Shown here one piece after another: positions 61,822 through 64,000 of a stretch of DNA of 64,000 bases. Numbering within the stretch: position 1 is the stretch's first letter; each line of letters opens with the position of its first letter. The notes beneath the pieces were generated by a model. That model worked only from the letters and a program-made list of their open reading frames with translations, did no database searches and was not told the origin of the DNA. This DNA is from Spirochaetia bacterium (lineage in GTDB: Bacteria > Spirochaetota > Spirochaetia > SZUA-6 > Bin103): assembly GCA_965208575.1 (NCBI GenBank), contig CBDBOV010000004.1, positions 512,001 through 576,000 on the forward strand, in the 5' to 3' direction. The translations under genes were made by a program, and so were the position numbers.

Positions 61822-61936
61822 CGCCGGTTTCGGACGGTTTACGCCCGGACCAGGCGAGGGGCGATCGGCAACGGGAGTCTTGACAGCACGCGCGGCAATC
61901 GGCACGGTCGCGAAGTGGATTTCTGTCTGAGCGGGT

Positions 61937-63199
61937 GTGTACTTGGCCGCTGAACGGGTAGAACTCAACGGGGTCAGGTACCGGGTTCCGGACGCTCCGG
62001 TTGTGGTGGTGTGCGTCGACGGCGGCGACCCGGAATACTTCGCGGCGGCACGGGCGGCCGGGTGCATTCCCACCGTCTCCCGCTTCATGGACACCGGATT
62101 CAGCGCGGTAGCGCACTGCGGCATCCCCAGTTTCACCTGCCCCAACAACATGTCGATCGCCACCGGGGCGCCGCCGAACGTGCACGGCATCTCCGGGAAC
62201 TTCTATCTCGACCGCGCCACCGGCCAGGCGGTGGTCATGACCGGCCCCGAGTTGATGCGCTCGCGCACGGTGTTCGACGTGCTGTCGAAGGCCGGCGCCC
62301 GGACCGTGGTGATCACCGCCAAGGACAAGCTCCGCACCCAGCTCGGCAAGGGCCTGGACGTCGCCGCCGGCAACGTGTGCTTCTCCTCCCAGCACGCCGA
62401 CCGCTGCACCGCCGCCGAGAACGGCATTACCGACGCACTCGGCTTCGTGGGACAGCCGCTCCCCGACATGTACTCCGAGGAACTGTCGCTGTTCGTGCTC
62501 GATGCCGGTATCCGGTTCCTGGAGCAGGACGATCCACCGGCGCTGCTGTACCTGTCGCTGACCGACTACGTGCAGCACAAGTACGCTCCCGACCATGCCG
62601 CCGCCCTCGCCTTCCACGCGGCGCTGGATGAGCGCTTCGCGCGCCTGCAGGAGCTGGGCGCGACCGTGGCCCTGACCGCCGATCACGGCATGAAGGACAA
62701 GTGCGGCGCGGACGGCAGCTACCACATCGTCTACCTGCAGGATCTGCTGGACGAGCGCTTCGGCGTGGGCCGCACCCGGGTGATCTGCCCGATCACCGAC
62801 GCGTTCGTCGGCCACCACGGATCGCTCGGCGGATTCGTGCGGGTCTATTGCTTCGGCGGCGTGGAGCCGCGCGACGCAGCCGATTTCATCCGCCCGCTCC
62901 AGGGCATCGAAGAGGTGCTGGAGCGCGAGGATGCGGCCCAGCGGTTCGATCTTCCCGCCGACCTGGAGGGAGACGTGGCGGTGATCTCCACCGCGGACTA
63001 CTGTGTCGGCATGGGGCGCGCCGACCACGACCTGGCCGACCTGCACGGCGAACGCCTGCGTACCCACGGTGGAATCTCCGAGCAGGACGTGCCGTTCATC
63101 GTCAGCCGGCCGCTGAACGCCGCCTACCGCGCACGGGCGCGGTCGGAGCAACTGCTGAACCACCAGATCTTCGACTACGCCATCAACGGCACCGCCTGA
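61937..63199 (+). CDS. phnA: Phosphonoacetate hydrolase
   Basis: VVVCVDG..PEY, PSFTCPNN.SIATG.PP.VHGISGN, TAKDKLR, TDYVQHK, TADHGM, HHGSLG, LRTHGG. Confidence 0.88.
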   Translation: MYLAAERVELNGVRYRVPDAPVVVVCVDGGDPEYFAAARAAGCIPTVSRFMDTGFSAVAHCGIPSFTCPNNMSIATGAPPNVHGISGNFYLDRATGQAVVMTGPELMRSRTVFDVLSKAGARTVVITAKDKLRTQLGKGLDVAAGNVCFSSQHADRCTAAENGITDALGFVGQPLPDMYSEELSLFVLDAGIRFLEQDDPPALLYLSLTDYVQHKYAPDHAAALAFHAALDERFARLQELGATVALTADHGMKDKCGADGSYHIVYLQDLLDERFGVGRTRVICPITDAFVGHHGSLGGFVRVYCFGGVEPRDAADFIRPLQGIEEVLEREDAAQRFDLPADLEGDVAVISTADYCVGMGRADHDLADLHGERLRTHGGISEQDVPFIVSRPLNAAYRARARSEQLLNHQIFDYAINGTA

Positions 63200-63220
63200 G
63201 GGCGCACTGAGCAGCAGCCC

Positions 63221-64000
63221 GTGGCACCGCGTACGGCCCGCGCCGCCGTCTACGACGCACCCAATACGCCGTTCGTCATCCGCCGCTATCCGTTGCGCGA
63301 CGCGCGCCGCGACGAGGTCCTGGTACGGGTCACGATGTCGACCATCTGCCGCTCCGACATCCACTCCTACCACGGCCATCGCCCCAACCCGTGCCCGGGG
63401 ATCCTCGGCCACGAGATCATCGGCGTCATCGATCAGCTCGGGGCGGACATCGAGACCGATATGCGCGGCGATCCGGTGGCGGTCGGCGACCGCATCACCT
63501 GGACCGAGTACTTCCACCACGGCCCGTCCTACTACCGGGAGGTTCACGACCTGCCGCAGAAGTCGGTGGGCGTAAGAAAATACGGGCACGACCTGGTGGC
63601 CGACGACCCGCACTTCCTGGGCGGCTTCGCCGAGTACTGCTACGTCCTGCCCGGCACCGGCATCCTGAGGCTCCCCGACGAGCTGAGCGACGAGGAGGCC
63701 ACCCCGATCAACTGCGGCGTCGCCACCGTCGTCGCGATCACGGAGGCGACGCGGATCGGGCTGGGCGACGTCGTGGCCGTCCAGGGACTGGGCCTGCTGG
63801 GCCTGTACGCGTGCGCCATCGCCAAGGCGCGCGGCGCCCGGCGCGTGGTCGGCATCGACAGCGTGGGCGACCGCCTCGCGGCGGCCCGCAAGTTCGGCGC
63901 GGATGCCGTGATCGACGTGTCCGGCCGCGGCTCGCACGACGTGGTGGCCGCGGTGCGCGAGCTGGCGCCGCCCGACGGCGTCGACGCGGTAATCGAGGTG
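63221..64000 (+). CDS. Zn-dependent (MDR) alcohol dehydrogenase, truncated by window end
   Basis: TICRSDIH, ILGHE, GGFAEY, CGVAT, GLGLLG. Confidence 0.85.
   Translation, partial: MAPRTARAAVYDAPNTPFVIRRYPLRDARRDEVLVRVTMSTICRSDIHSYHGHRPNPCPGILGHEIIGVIDQLGADIETDMRGDPVAVGDRITWTEYFHHGPSYYREVHDLPQKSVGVRKYGHDLVADDPHFLGGFAEYCYVLPGTGILRLPDELSDEEATPINCGVATVVAITEATRIGLGDVVAVQGLGLLGLYACAIAKARGARRVVGIDSVGDRLAAARKFGADAVIDVSGRGSHDVVAAVRELAPPDGVDAVIEV

Noticed and set aside
61754-63937. Long antisense ORFs (727 aa here; also 3122-4324, 24277-25881, 27145-28320, 53261-54691)
   Set aside because: They are shadow frames of real genes in high-GC DNA and have no motifs.
1-64000. tRNA, rRNA or tmRNA genes
   Set aside because: GGGGTTCGAC motifs in the repeat units lack a cloverleaf or acceptor stem, and no rRNA-like sequence was recognised.

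Overview
High-GC bacterial accessory region, a mosaic of duplicated and decayed segments. Its core is five paralogous peptide/nickel-type (family 5) ABC uptake cassettes, each with a substrate-binding protein (SBP), permease B and permease C but no ATPase. Their cassette genes are mostly lower in GC than the flanks, and the SBPs have spirochaete-like signal peptides. Each SBP is preceded by the same ~190-nt leader: a Shine-Dalgarno (SD), an 11-codon uORF M-I-L-K-[E/D]-P-H-A-R-A-A*, and three hairpins with pairing-preserving changes. This is a candidate undescribed leader-peptide attenuator. In four cassettes a differently deleted group II intron sits antisense at the edge of that SD. Its putative EBS1 loop is AGGAGG, and the one cassette with an AGGGGG SD has no intron. 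Further upstream are repeated sigma70 promoter modules, three of them facing a poly-G-spacer counter-promoter. Between cassettes lie toxin-antitoxin (TA) modules (AbiE x2, VapBC, DUF433, MazEF), a tandem ISKra4-like IS dimer, a MITE, an IS110 with visible bridge-RNA-like guides splitting a DUF433 gene, and a 4.5-kb duplication with reciprocal deletions. Metabolic genes include a NIPSNAP/AKR/SDR/protease operon, M20 amidohydrolase, sulfatase, FGE-sialidase, PhyH, Gfo/Idh/MocA, phnA and a Zn-ADH. All calls are from manual reading; no database searches were run.
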